Part shown: piece after piece, positions 9,024 through 18,692 of the stretch
Numbering within the stretch: the first letter of the stretch is position 1
Layout: the number at the start of each line of letters is the position of its first letter
DNA from: Planctomycetaceae bacterium
GTDB taxonomy: Bacteria > Planctomycetota > Planctomycetia > Isosphaerales > Isosphaeraceae
Direction: 5' to 3'
Length of the DNA stretch: 64,000 bases
Assembly (NCBI GenBank): GCA_040374745.1
Contig: JBEITT010000014.1
Span: 4,680 to 68,679 of the forward strand
Notes under the pieces: generated by a model
The model's input: only the letters and a program-made list of their open reading frames with translations
Databases searched by the model: none
What the model was told of the DNA's origin: nothing
Program-made: the position numbers and the translations under genes

Positions 9024-12000
9024 ATGATCAGAAGACTTTGCGCGGGCTTGGCCGTGTTTCTGGCCGTTGCCGGCCTGACGATCAACTCAGCCGACTGGAG
9101 CCCCGGCTATAAGCCACCTGCTTTCGCCATTCGCGACGCCAAGATCGTCGTAAAGCCTGGCCAGGCCATTGAAAAGGGCACTATCGTGGTGCGCCGGGGG
9201 CTTGTCGAGCAAGTGGGCAAGGCCGAAGAAGTGAAGCTGGCGGCCGACACCTTTGTGGTTGATGGCAAAGGGCTTACGGTTTATCCGGGCTGGATCGACG
9301 CCTACACCTTGAATGGTCTGGGCTCAGGCGTGACACGATCTAAAACCGGCACGGGACGGAATTTGCCGGTGATTGACTTTTCATCGCCATTCACGCCGCC
9401 GGACGACCGGATTGGGATCACGCCAGAATTTCAGGTGGCTGAATCGCTGGCACTTTCCGATGGCACGGCAGAAGGCAGGCGAAAACTGGGCTTCACGTCG
9501 CAGATTGTGGCTCCGGGCGGTGCGATTCTGACCGGTCAGGGGGCACTGGCATCGACTACGGGATACCCTCGCCGCGAGATTATTATTGTGCCGGAAGTCG
9601 GCCTGCATGTGAATTTGAGGCCACCTTTTGAGCCAAACCCGGCCCCGACCACGGCATCGCCGACACCTGGGCCGGGCGGATTCCGGTTTCGAGGTGGTGG
9701 CAGTTCGGGAGGGCCCACGGGCTATCCTTCGGCCCTGATGGGGATTATCGCTCATTTACGGCAGAATGTTCTGGATGCCCGGCACCATCGGCAGCAGCTT
9801 GAGCATTATGCCAAACATGGTGGCAATCGCGTGGCTGCTGACCCGGCTCTTGACACGATTCTGGCGGCGATCGACGGTAAATTACCGGTCTGGTGGCAGG
9901 CCGAGTCGCAGGACGAGATACACCGGGCACTTGATTTATCAAAGGAATTTGGCTTTAAGCCGGTGATTGTAGGCGGGCGAGAGGCTTATAAGGTGGTGGA
10001 CCGGTTGAAAGCGGAAAAAGTGCCGGTGATTCTGAAGCTGACCCATTCGGCCAAGCCGAAGGTGCCGACAAAAGAGGAATATGCAGCAAAGAAGATTGAA
10101 GAACGAAATGAGCCGCTGCGATTGCTGGAAGATCGGCTGGCCCAGTGGAAGAAGCGTGTGGCCGGGCCTGGTCTGCTTCATAAAGCTGGCGTGAAAATCA
10201 GCTTTTCAACTGATGGTCTGCAGCGGTCAGATCAATTTACCGAAAAGGTGCGAGACCTGATCGCCGAAGGCTTGCCTGAATCGGCAGCCCTTGAAGCGAT
10301 GACGCTGAATGTGGCTGAATTGGCTGGCGTTGGCAAGAGCCTGGGCACTTTGGAAAAAGGCAAGGCCGGGCATCTTGTGGCACTGACTGGCGACTTGAAT
10401 GACGCCAAGGCCAAAGTGCGTCTGGCGGCGGCCGACGGGCTGATGTTCGACTTTGACGCACCAACTGTATTTCCGAAAAAGGCAGTGGCTGGCGGACCTG
10501 GCGGTGGAAGTGGCCAAGGTGGCCTTGGTGGCGGCGGAGGTCCGGGTGGGCGTCGGCCGGATGCAACCAAGAAAGGCGGCGGGGGCGGAAGAAGACCTCC
10601 TGAATTTGACGAATACCAAACGGGTGCGACCCAACTTTCGGCCCGTGACTTGATCCGTGGGGAAGCTGCTGAGGAAGAAGTGGCCGAAGTGGCCGAACTT
10701 CAGAAGGACGAGCCACAGAAGCCTGAGGCGAAAAAAGGCGGCGACAGGCCCGAAGGCGGGCGGAATCGGCCAGAACGTGATATTGAAAAGCCGAAGGGCG
10801 ATCGGCCTGCAGGGGGCCGCGAGAGACCCCAGGGCAAGGATCAGCCGAACGGAAAAGATGAGCCAAAGGGAGACTCAGCCAAATCAAAGGATGCTGCGGA
10901 AAAAACGAAGCAGCAGCCTGCCAAACCGGCCAAACCGTTTGTCGATACGCCAATCGAGCTTGAGGTGGACCGGGCGATTGGCAAGAAAACAGGCGGTAAT
11001 GTGCTGATTCGCAATGCCACGGTGGTCACGGTATCGAAAGCGGGCATTCTGCCGAAGGCTTCGATACTGGTTCAGGGGGGCAAGATTGCCGCGATTGGCA
11101 CGGACCTGAAGGCACCCGAAGGCGTGATGGAGATCAATGCCGAAGGGCTTTATGTAATGCCGGGCATGATTGACACGCACTCGCACATGGCGATTCAGGG
11201 CGGTGTGAACGAAGCGACGCTTTCGATCGTGCCGGAAGTGCGGGTGGCCGATGTGATTGACGGCGATGACCCGGCGATTTATCGGGCACTGGCGGGTGGC
11301 ACCACGGCGGCGCGGCTTCTGCATGGCTCGGCCAACACGATTGGCGGGCAGGATGCGATTATCAAGTTGCGGCCAGGGCACCCGGGTCGGGATATTCTGT
11401 TGCGAGACAGTAAGCGGCCTCAGGGCGTGAAATTCGCCCTGGGTGAGAACGTGACCCGGCGGACCAACCGCTTCCCAACCACGCGGCTGGGTGTAGAAGC
11501 CACAATTGAGCGAGCGTTTCAGGAAGGCAAGGCCTATGCCGATGCACAAAAGGCCTGGGAAGCGGCCAGCAGGAAAGACCCGGCCACAGCAGGCCCGCCA
11601 CCCCGCCGCGACTTGCGGCTTGAGGCCCTTGCCCGGATTGTAGGAGGCGACATCAAGATTCACAGCCACTGCTATCGGGCCGACGAGATTTTGATGCTCC
11701 TGAGAACGGCCGAACGGCACAATGTGCGCGTGCAGTCGCTGCAGCACGTGCTGGAAGGTTACAAAGTGGCAGCCGAAATTGCGGCCCACGGTGCCAGTGC
11801 TTCGACTTTCTCCGACTGGTGGGCATATAAGGTAGAGGCATTTGACGCCGTGCCCGCCAATGCGGCGATTTTGACCGAGGCCGGGGCCAATGCGGTGATC
11901 AAGAGCGACGATGCCGAACTGGTGCGGCACCTTAATCTGGAAGCTGCAAAGTCCGTCAAATATGGGGCGATGCCTGAAGAACAGGCACTGGCACTGGTAA

Positions 12001-13640
12001 CGATCAACGCGGCCCGCGAGCTGGGGCTGGATCACCGTATGGGCTCGATTGAAGTGGGCAAAGACGCCGACCTGGCGATCTTCGACGCTCATCCGCTGGA
12101 TACGCTGAGCCAATGCAGGCTCACGCTGATCAATGGCGAAATTGAATTCCAGAAAGGCAAAACACTGGAAGAGGCAACCAAGCCGAAGAAGCTGGGCGAG
12201 TTGGCCCGCAACCCGAATGCAAGCAAGAAACGGGTGCTAGACTTCAAGGATGATCCTGACAATCGTCGGGTACGTGCCTTTGTGGGCGGACGTGTTCATC
12301 CGGTGGATGGTCCGACAATTACCAAGGGCGTGGTTATTGTGGAAAATGACCGAATCAAGGCGGTAGGTGGGGCCGACACGCCGATTCCGAACGGTGCGGA
12401 GGTGGTGAACCTTGAAGGGCTTGACATCTGGCCGGGTCTGATAGATTCTGGCAGTCGAGTGGGTCTGACGGAAGTCGGTAGCCTGCGGGAAACGCAGGAT
12501 GTTGCCGATTCAGCTACATTCCAGCCAGAACTGATTGCCGGTACGGCCCTGAACCCGGATAGTGAAATCATCCCGGTTACGCGTGCCAATGGCGTGCTGA
12601 CGGTGCTGGCCCAGCCGGGCGGCGGAGTGATTTCAGGACAGAGTTCGCTGGCGAATCTGGCCGGCTGGGTGCCATCGCAGATGGTGCTAGTCGATAAAGT
12701 GGCCCTGCAGGTGCAGATACCAGGCTATGTGCCGCCGAGGGATTCAGGCCTTGAGAGCAAGCGTGCGTCTCATGAATGTGAGTGCGAAGAGATGGCTACG
12801 GGCTTTGCCGACCATGCCCACGAGGCTATGGCCGATGATCCTTCACCTGAAGTAGAGAACATCAGGAACGAAGCGCGTCAAAGGCGAACCCAGCGGCTTG
12901 AGGAGATAGCCGACCAGTTCAAGCAGGCTTCTGCCTATGGCAAGGCCCGCGAAGCGGCGGCAAAGGGCGAAGTGGTGGCCTTTAAGGCCGACCCTCGCAT
13001 GGAGGCCATGCTGCCTTATGCCAGGGGCGAGAAGCCGGTAATCTTCCAGGCGAACCACCGGGCCGAGATTCTGGACGCTCTGTTCCTTGCCAAGGCCCTG
13101 AAGCTCAAGGCAATAATTGGCGGTGGGCAGGAGGCCTGGAAGGTGGCTACCGAACTGAAGGAAGCGGGTGTGCCAGTGCTGATCAGCGGTGTATTACAAC
13201 TGCCTGGCGAAAGCCACGATCCTTATGATGCCCCTTATACCAATGCGGCGAAATTGCAGGCGGCAGGTGTGAAATTTGCATTACAGTCTGGTGGCGGCGG
13301 GCCAGACGAAGCCACGGCGGCCCGGAACCTGCCTTTTGAGGCGGGCACGGCGGCAGCTTTTGGCCTGAGCGAAGAGGCGGCCCTGAAGAGCGTGACGCTG
13401 GCCCCGGCCGAGATTCTGGGCGTGGCCGACCAGCTTGGATCCATCAAGGCGGGCAAGAAGGCGAATCTGGTTGTGAGCCGAGGCTCGATCCTTCAGGCCA
13501 CAACGCCAGTCGTTTTGCTGGTGATTGATGGCCGCGTGCTGAAGCCGGAAAGCCGCCATACAAGGCTGGCCGATAAATATCGCGAACGCCTGCGACAGGT
13601 GAAGGAAGGCATGGTGCCGCTGGGCGTGAAGGGCAAGTGA
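9024..13640 (+). CDS. giant amidohydrolase-family fusion protein (three amidohydrolase-like modules plus a low-complexity linker)
   Basis: Signal-like MIRRLCAGLAVFLAVAG at ATG 9024. The middle module keeps the metal motif PGMIDTHSHM (HxH at 11178-11186). The first module (PGWIDAYT, ~9282) and third module (PGLIDSGSR, ~12444) lack the His pair. Gly/Pro/Lys-rich linker at ~10491-10937. Confidence 0.8.
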   Translation: MIRRLCAGLAVFLAVAGLTINSADWSPGYKPPAFAIRDAKIVVKPGQAIEKGTIVVRRGLVEQVGKAEEVKLAADTFVVDGKGLTVYPGWIDAYTLNGLGSGVTRSKTGTGRNLPVIDFSSPFTPPDDRIGITPEFQVAESLALSDGTAEGRRKLGFTSQIVAPGGAILTGQGALASTTGYPRREIIIVPEVGLHVNLRPPFEPNPAPTTASPTPGPGGFRFRGGGSSGGPTGYPSALMGIIAHLRQNVLDARHHRQQLEHYAKHGGNRVAADPALDTILAAIDGKLPVWWQAESQDEIHRALDLSKEFGFKPVIVGGREAYKVVDRLKAEKVPVILKLTHSAKPKVPTKEEYAAKKIEERNEPLRLLEDRLAQWKKRVAGPGLLHKAGVKISFSTDGLQRSDQFTEKVRDLIAEGLPESAALEAMTLNVAELAGVGKSLGTLEKGKAGHLVALTGDLNDAKAKVRLAAADGLMFDFDAPTVFPKKAVAGGPGGGSGQGGLGGGGGPGGRRPDATKKGGGGGRRPPEFDEYQTGATQLSARDLIRGEAAEEEVAEVAELQKDEPQKPEAKKGGDRPEGGRNRPERDIEKPKGDRPAGGRERPQGKDQPNGKDEPKGDSAKSKDAAEKTKQQPAKPAKPFVDTPIELEVDRAIGKKTGGNVLIRNATVVTVSKAGILPKASILVQGGKIAAIGTDLKAPEGVMEINAEGLYVMPGMIDTHSHMAIQGGVNEATLSIVPEVRVADVIDGDDPAIYRALAGGTTAARLLHGSANTIGGQDAIIKLRPGHPGRDILLRDSKRPQGVKFALGENVTRRTNRFPTTRLGVEATIERAFQEGKAYADAQKAWEAASRKDPATAGPPPRRDLRLEALARIVGGDIKIHSHCYRADEILMLLRTAERHNVRVQSLQHVLEGYKVAAEIAAHGASASTFSDWWAYKVEAFDAVPANAAILTEAGANAVIKSDDAELVRHLNLEAAKSVKYGAMPEEQALALVTINAARELGLDHRMGSIEVGKDADLAIFDAHPLDTLSQCRLTLINGEIEFQKGKTLEEATKPKKLGELARNPNASKKRVLDFKDDPDNRRVRAFVGGRVHPVDGPTITKGVVIVENDRIKAVGGADTPIPNGAEVVNLEGLDIWPGLIDSGSRVGLTEVGSLRETQDVADSATFQPELIAGTALNPDSEIIPVTRANGVLTVLAQPGGGVISGQSSLANLAGWVPSQMVLVDKVALQVQIPGYVPPRDSGLESKRASHECECEEMATGFADHAHEAMADDPSPEVENIRNEARQRRTQRLEEIADQFKQASAYGKAREAAAKGEVVAFKADPRMEAMLPYARGEKPVIFQANHRAEILDALFLAKALKLKAIIGGGQEAWKVATELKEAGVPVLISGVLQLPGESHDPYDAPYTNAAKLQAAGVKFALQSGGGGPDEATAARNLPFEAGTAAAFGLSEEAALKSVTLAPAEILGVADQLGSIKAGKKANLVVSRGSILQATTPVVLLVIDGRVLKPESRHTRLADKYRERLRQVKEGMVPLGVKGK

Positions 13641-13651
13641 TTGAAGGTGGC

Positions 13652-13694
13652 AAAGCCCCGGGTTATTTCAATGATTGGAATAGCCCGGGGCTTT
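13652..13694. terminator. bidirectional stem-loop between convergent genes
   Basis: aaagccccggg (13652-13662) pairs with cccggggcttt (13684-13694), an 11-bp stem flanked by A/T runs. It overlaps the stop of the minus-strand gene. Confidence 0.55.
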
Positions 13695-14331
13695 ATTCTT
13701 TGGGGAGTATGATAAAACCTCCTGCCGGCTCACCAAAGGCTGTAAATTGCATTTGGCTGAAATGCAATGCCATCAGGGCACACAGGGCGGCATCAATGAA
13801 ATCAATTTCATGAAAAAATGGTAAAATGATATTGTTTTGTTGTAATATGGCAGACCGGTCAGCTAATTTATTTCTAGCCAGTAATTTACAACCTGACAGA
13901 CGACATGCAATGGCGTGTGGATAGGTTTCAAAACAGGTCGAATCTGAAATGCAATCAGGTGTACCAGAATAAAGAGAATGGGATTGATTTAATTTCAAAT
14001 AGAGTTTTTCGCCCTGGAGCATCCAGTTGTAATAACCGGTGGGGTGGGCAACAGCTTCATTCCGGCGGGGGGTGAAGAAGCAGGAAATACCCGAGCGGGA
14101 CAGGTCGGTTTCGGCCAGGCGAGGGGCATGTGTCGGTCGCCAGGCGCAGGGGCTGTCCACGCCGATATAGCGGGCTTTGTGCCTGTTCAACCAGTCAGCC
14201 AGGGTTGATTCGTCGGTCGAGTGAATCTGGTCAAAGAAAGAGCCAGCTTTCAAGATCACGGCGTGAAAACCTTTGCGTGGTCCGCCCACGTCGATTCCGG
14301 CGGTGATGAGCGGTTCTTTGGCCGGGGGCAC
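13693..14331 (-). CDS. DUF429-like predicted RNase H-fold nuclease
   Basis: N-terminal ITAGIDVGGPRKGFHAV, central IGVDSPCAW, and C-terminal IDFIDAALCALMA follow the DUF429 pattern as I remember it. Assignment not verified. Confidence 0.5.
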   Translation of the reverse strand: MPPAKEPLITAGIDVGGPRKGFHAVILKAGSFFDQIHSTDESTLADWLNRHKARYIGVDSPCAWRPTHAPRLAETDLSRSGISCFFTPRRNEAVAHPTGYYNWMLQGEKLYLKLNQSHSLYSGTPDCISDSTCFETYPHAIACRLSGCKLLARNKLADRSAILQQNNIILPFFHEIDFIDAALCALMALHFSQMQFTAFGEPAGGFIILPKE

Positions 14332-14461
14332 GATTAAAACACCAATAGCTTCTTGAGATTCATATGCATAACCAATAAAGTAGCATAATCAGGCCATCAG
14401 GCGAAGCATGCCGGCGGCCATCCTTCATGCACATAAAACCGGAAAAAACGGGGAGAAACCC

Positions 14462-15985
14462 ATGCCGTCGCCAGCCAGAGACTGCGTACTTGTGATTGAC
14501 CAGGGCACGACAAGCTCGCGTGCGATTGTTTTTGACCGGCAGGCCACGGCCCTGGGCACCGGCCAGTTTGAGGTGAAGCTGGCTTACCCGGCCAGCGGAT
14601 GGGTGGAGCAAACGCCGGCCGAGCTGATTGACTCGGTGGCGGCGGCAGTGGCGTCGGCCCTGTCGGCATCGGGCGTTTCAACCGACCGGATTGCCGCGAT
14701 TGGCCTGACCAACCAGCGTGAAACGACGCTTGTCTGGGAGAAGGCGACAGGCCGCCCCATTGCTCCGGCGATTGTCTGGCAGGATCGACGCACGGCCGAC
14801 TTCTGCCGCCAGTTGGCGGACCATTCCGCCCAGGTCCGGGCCAAAACCGGGCTGGTGATCGACCCGTATTTTTCATCGACCAAGATCCGCTGGATTTTGA
14901 ACAATGTGCCGGGTGCCCGTGCCCGGGCCGAGGCGGGTGAGCTGCAATTTGGCACAGTGGACAGCTTCTTGATTCACCGGATGACAGGCGGGGTGTCACA
15001 TGTGACGGATGTCACGAATGCTTCGCGCACGATGCTGATGGACTTGCATTCGGGGCAGTGGGATGCCGAAATGTGCCGGCTTTTTGAGGTGCCGTTGGCC
15101 GTTCTGCCTGAAATTCGGCCCAGTGTGGGGAATTTTGGAGTGACCAAAGGCTTGGGCTGGCTGCCCGACGGGCTGCCGATTTTGGGTGTGGCTGGCGACC
15201 AGCAGGCGAGCCTGGTGGGACAGGGGTGCGTGCGAAGCGGTCAGGCCAAGTGCACTTATGGCACCGGGGCGTTTTTACTGTCGCACACGGGTGGCAAGAT
15301 TGTGACGAGCAACAATGGCCTGCTGGCCACGCGAGCGGCCACATTAACAGACGGGCTGGCGCAATTTGCCCTTGAGGGGTCGGTGTTTGTAGCCGGGGCG
15401 GCGGTGCAGTGGGTGAGGGATGGCTTGAAGGCGGTGGCTTCGGCCCCTGAAATTAACCCGCTTGCTGAAAAATCAGATCCGGCCAGCGGTCTGATATTTG
15501 TGCCGGCACTGACAGGCCTGGGGGCACCTTACTGGAACCCCGAAGCAAGGGGCACGATCTTCGGGCTGACACGGGCGACATCGCTGGCCGACCTGGCTCG
15601 GGCGACGCTTGAGGGCGTAGCCTTTCAGGTGGCTGATTTGATCGATGCAATTGTGACCGACACCGGCATGCCGCTGGAGGAGATGAGTGTGGACGGCGGG
15701 ATGTCTGATTCCGACCTTTTCCTGCAGCTTCAGGCTGATATTCTGGCACTTTCGTTGCGGCGAAGCCTTCAGCGAGAGGCCACGGCTCTGGGCGCAGGCG
15801 TGCTGGCGGGCCTGGGTGCCGGTTTGTGGGGCAGCGTGGCCGATGCATTTGCGAGCCAAACCGGTGCCCAGCGGCGATTTGTGCCTGAGAAGGGCAATGA
15901 CTGGCGTCATGAGGCCATGGCCCGGTGGCGACGGGCGATTGCGGCGGTGAATGGGTATTATGATCAGGGTCGGGGCGATTCTTGA
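14462..15985 (+). CDS. glpK: glycerol kinase
   Basis: VLVIDQGTTSSRAIVFD, NQRETTLVWEK, GDQQASLVGQG. Start placed at ATG 14462 (MPSPARD...) rather than the track start 14408. Confidence 0.93.
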   Translation: MPSPARDCVLVIDQGTTSSRAIVFDRQATALGTGQFEVKLAYPASGWVEQTPAELIDSVAAAVASALSASGVSTDRIAAIGLTNQRETTLVWEKATGRPIAPAIVWQDRRTADFCRQLADHSAQVRAKTGLVIDPYFSSTKIRWILNNVPGARARAEAGELQFGTVDSFLIHRMTGGVSHVTDVTNASRTMLMDLHSGQWDAEMCRLFEVPLAVLPEIRPSVGNFGVTKGLGWLPDGLPILGVAGDQQASLVGQGCVRSGQAKCTYGTGAFLLSHTGGKIVTSNNGLLATRAATLTDGLAQFALEGSVFVAGAAVQWVRDGLKAVASAPEINPLAEKSDPASGLIFVPALTGLGAPYWNPEARGTIFGLTRATSLADLARATLEGVAFQVADLIDAIVTDTGMPLEEMSVDGGMSDSDLFLQLQADILALSLRRSLQREATALGAGVLAGLGAGLWGSVADAFASQTGAQRRFVPEKGNDWRHEAMARWRRAIAAVNGYYDQGRGDS

Positions 15986-16020
15986 GACAAGTGCTGGCAG
16001 CAGATGAACGGGGATTATAG

Positions 16021-17160
16021 ATGTCAACTACCATACTGACGGATATTTCGCGAAATATTGCCTCGCAACAGGCTACGGTGCATGCCTCCGGCGTAACGGC
16101 GACTTTGCACACGCTGCAGGGCGGCCGGCGGGCCGGGGTGCAACTGCTGGAACTGGCCAATCAACGCATGAGCGTTTCGATCATCCCTACAAGGGGCATG
16201 GGTCTGTGGCGTGCACACATTGCCGGGCAGAAGATTGGCTGGGATTCGCCGGTGAAGGACGGGCCGGTGCATCCGTCGTTTGTCAATCAGGCGGCGCTGG
16301 GTGGCCTGGGCTGGCTCGAAGGGTTTGACGAAATGATGGTGCGGTGCGGCCTGACGCAGAACGGTCCGCCTTCGCCTGTGACTGAGCCATTTGCCATTGG
16401 CCTGCATGGGCTTATTGCCAATCGCCCGGCACATTATCTGGCCGTGCATGAAGCGTCTGACCGTCTGACCGTCGAGGGGCATGTGGACGAGGCATGCCTG
16501 TTTGGCTATAACCTGCGACTGGTGTCGCGGATCACGCTGCTGAAGGATTCGAACCGGGTGGAAGTGGAAGACGAGGTGATTAACCTGGGCGACGGTGTGA
16601 CCGACCTGGAGCTGCTTTACCACTGGAATTTTGGATCGCCATGGTTGGAAGGCGGCGGTCAGCTTGTGGCAGCGGTTGAGGAAGTGGTGCCGCGCGATGC
16701 CACCGCCCAACGCGGTATCGACAGTTACGACATCTATGACGGGCCGATGGTGGGCTATGCCGAGCAGGCGTTTTTCTTTCGGATGAAGGGCGATGCCGAG
16801 TCGGGCCTGACCACCGTCATGTTGAAGAATGCCGGGGGCGACAAGGGCCTGGCATTGCATTACAACGTGCGGCAATTGCCATGTTTTACCCTCTGGAAGA
16901 ACACTGCCGGGCAGAAAAGCGGCTATGTGACGGGGCTTGAGCCGGCCACGAATTATCCTAATGCCAAGACTTTTGAGAAAGAGCAGGGCAGGGTAATTGG
17001 ACTGATGCCGGGGGCGAGCCATTTGGCAGTGACAACGCTGGAAGCATTGGTGGAAAAAGCGGATGTGGCACGGGTGGAGGCCGAGATCGGTCGACTTCGC
17101 AGCGAAACGCAGCCAGTGGTTCATCGCCAACCGGTTCGGCCCATGGCCACCGGCGGCTGA
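16021..17160 (+). CDS. aldose-1-epimerase-like / DUF4432-like protein
   Basis: 379-codon ORF. Its beta-rich sequence has GMGLWRAH and LHGLIANRPA segments that resemble mutarotase-fold DUF4432 proteins from memory. Weak assignment. Confidence 0.45.
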   Translation: MSTTILTDISRNIASQQATVHASGVTATLHTLQGGRRAGVQLLELANQRMSVSIIPTRGMGLWRAHIAGQKIGWDSPVKDGPVHPSFVNQAALGGLGWLEGFDEMMVRCGLTQNGPPSPVTEPFAIGLHGLIANRPAHYLAVHEASDRLTVEGHVDEACLFGYNLRLVSRITLLKDSNRVEVEDEVINLGDGVTDLELLYHWNFGSPWLEGGGQLVAAVEEVVPRDATAQRGIDSYDIYDGPMVGYAEQAFFFRMKGDAESGLTTVMLKNAGGDKGLALHYNVRQLPCFTLWKNTAGQKSGYVTGLEPATNYPNAKTFEKEQGRVIGLMPGASHLAVTTLEALVEKADVARVEAEIGRLRSETQPVVHRQPVRPMATGG

Positions 17161-17180
17161 TTGGAGAATTAATGAACGAA

Positions 17181-17204
17181 AAAAGCCGGCGAAAGCCGGC
17201 TTTT
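17181..17204. terminator. bidirectional rho-independent terminator
   Basis: aaaagccggc GAAA gccggctttt: a 10-bp stem with a GAAA loop and A4/T4 flanks, between convergent genes. Confidence 0.7.
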
Positions 17205-17235
17205 ATTGGGTGCTGAACATATCGTGAGGGGATCG

Positions 17236-18621
17236 TCAGATGTGAACCGACTCGCCCAGGGCCTGGCCGGCGGCTTCCATGATGGCTTCCGAAAATGTCG
17301 GGTGCGGGTGCATGGCGTGCATGATCTCTTCTTCGGTGGCTTCCAGCTTCTTGGCCATGACCAGTTCCGAGATCATTTCCGTTGCTTCGGCCCCGATGAT
17401 ATGTGCGCCCAGGAGTTCACCAAGTTTAGCGTCGAAAACCAGTTTCACAAAGCCTTCAGTCTCGTCAGCGGCCTGGGCACGGCCACTGGCAATGAATGGG
17501 AATTTGCCGATGCGAACGCTGTAACCCTTTTCTTTTGCCTGTTTTTCGGTCAGGCCAACCGAGCCAATGCCTGGCACCGTGTAAGTGCAGCCAGGGATGA
17601 TGGAATAATCAACCGTGCGGGGGTGCTTGCCAAATAGCGTTTCCACGCAGGCGATCGCTTCGTGATGGGCCACATGGGCCAGCCACGGCGGGCCGATGAT
17701 GTCGCCCACTGCGTAAAGGCCTTCGACGTTGGTCTTAAAGCCTTTTTCTTTATCAACCTTGATATGATTTTTCTCAATGACGACGCCCAGCTTGGCATCG
17801 AGCACTTCCTCAACATTGCCGACAACGCCGATAGCCACGAGCATGGCTTCGGCTTCGATTGACTGCTTGCCCTTGGGTGATTCGACTTCAACCTTCACGC
17901 CTGAGCGTGATTTTTCAACCTTGCCGGTTTTAGACGAGGTCAGAATCGTAATTCCTCGCTTGGTCAGGCTTGCCGCCAGTGCAGCTGAGATTTCTTCATC
18001 TTCGCCGGGCACGATGCGGTCCTGCATCTCAACCACGGTGACCTTTGTTCCAAGGGCATTGTAGAAATAGCCGAATTCCAGGCCAATGGGTCCGGCACCA
18101 ATGATCAGGAGGCTCTTGGGCTGGGCCGGCAGAGACATGGCCTCTTTGTAGGAGATGATCTGCTTGCCGTCAAATTCGCCGCCTGGCAGAGGCCTGGGCC
18201 GCACACCTGTGGCGACGATAATCGCCCCGGCGGTCAAGATTTTATCGCCAACCTGCACCTTGTGAGGGGCCACCACTTTGGCCACACCGGCGACATGATT
18301 GACCTTATACTTGCGGAAAAGGCCTTCAATTCCCTTGTTCAGGTTGCCTGCCACGTTGCGGCTGCGTGCAATGATCTGACTGAAATTCCACTTGCTGGTG
18401 CCTTCAAACCCGAAGGCCTTGCCATGGCCGTTGATCATCTCGACCAGATGGGCGTTGGTCAGCAGGGCCTTGGTCGGAATGCAACCCCAGTTCAGACAGA
18501 TGCCACCCAGCTTGTCTTTTTCTACACACAGCGTTTTTTTGCCGAGCTGGCTGGCCCTGATAGCTGCGGCGTATCCGGCGGGACCACCGCCAATGACAAT
18601 CAGGTCGTAGTCGTAAGCCAT
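17236..18621 (-). CDS. lpdA: dihydrolipoyl dehydrogenase (E3)
   Basis: FAD motif VIGGGPAGY, redox disulfide CLNWGCIPTK, C-terminal HPTFSE. Confidence 0.95.
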   Translation of the reverse strand: MAYDYDLIVIGGGPAGYAAAIRASQLGKKTLCVEKDKLGGICLNWGCIPTKALLTNAHLVEMINGHGKAFGFEGTSKWNFSQIIARSRNVAGNLNKGIEGLFRKYKVNHVAGVAKVVAPHKVQVGDKILTAGAIIVATGVRPRPLPGGEFDGKQIISYKEAMSLPAQPKSLLIIGAGPIGLEFGYFYNALGTKVTVVEMQDRIVPGEDEEISAALAASLTKRGITILTSSKTGKVEKSRSGVKVEVESPKGKQSIEAEAMLVAIGVVGNVEEVLDAKLGVVIEKNHIKVDKEKGFKTNVEGLYAVGDIIGPPWLAHVAHHEAIACVETLFGKHPRTVDYSIIPGCTYTVPGIGSVGLTEKQAKEKGYSVRIGKFPFIASGRAQAADETEGFVKLVFDAKLGELLGAHIIGAEATEMISELVMAKKLEATEEEIMHAMHPHPTFSEAIMEAAGQALGESVHI

Positions 18622-18692
18622 TGCTCTTTTTACCGTTGTAGCAGGTTAGTGAATCGGGATGAACTTTGATTGATTGCCGCTTTGTATGGAAA

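Noticed and set aside
10491-10937. Repetitive DNA that might have been a CRISPR array or tandem-repeat locus
   Set aside because: The repeats are short, imperfect, in-frame, and lie within a continuous ORF. There is no repeat-spacer periodicity.
10884-12113. 409-codon minus-strand ORF inside the giant amidohydrolase gene (plus the 238-codon one at 10237-10953)
   Set aside because: Antisense to a region carrying the clear PGMIDTHSHM amidohydrolase motif. The composition is Arg/Gly/Pro/His-rich nonsense.
14397-16160. Several 120-235-codon minus-strand ORFs across glpK
   Set aside because: Pro/Arg/Ser-rich shadow frames opposite a well-supported glycerol kinase gene.
16024-17130. 368-codon ORF on the minus strand, almost exactly antisense to the 16021-17160 gene
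   Set aside because: Arg/His/Pro/Gln-rich shadow-frame composition typical of antisense ORFs in GC-rich coding DNA. The plus-strand product has normal composition and fold-like sequence.
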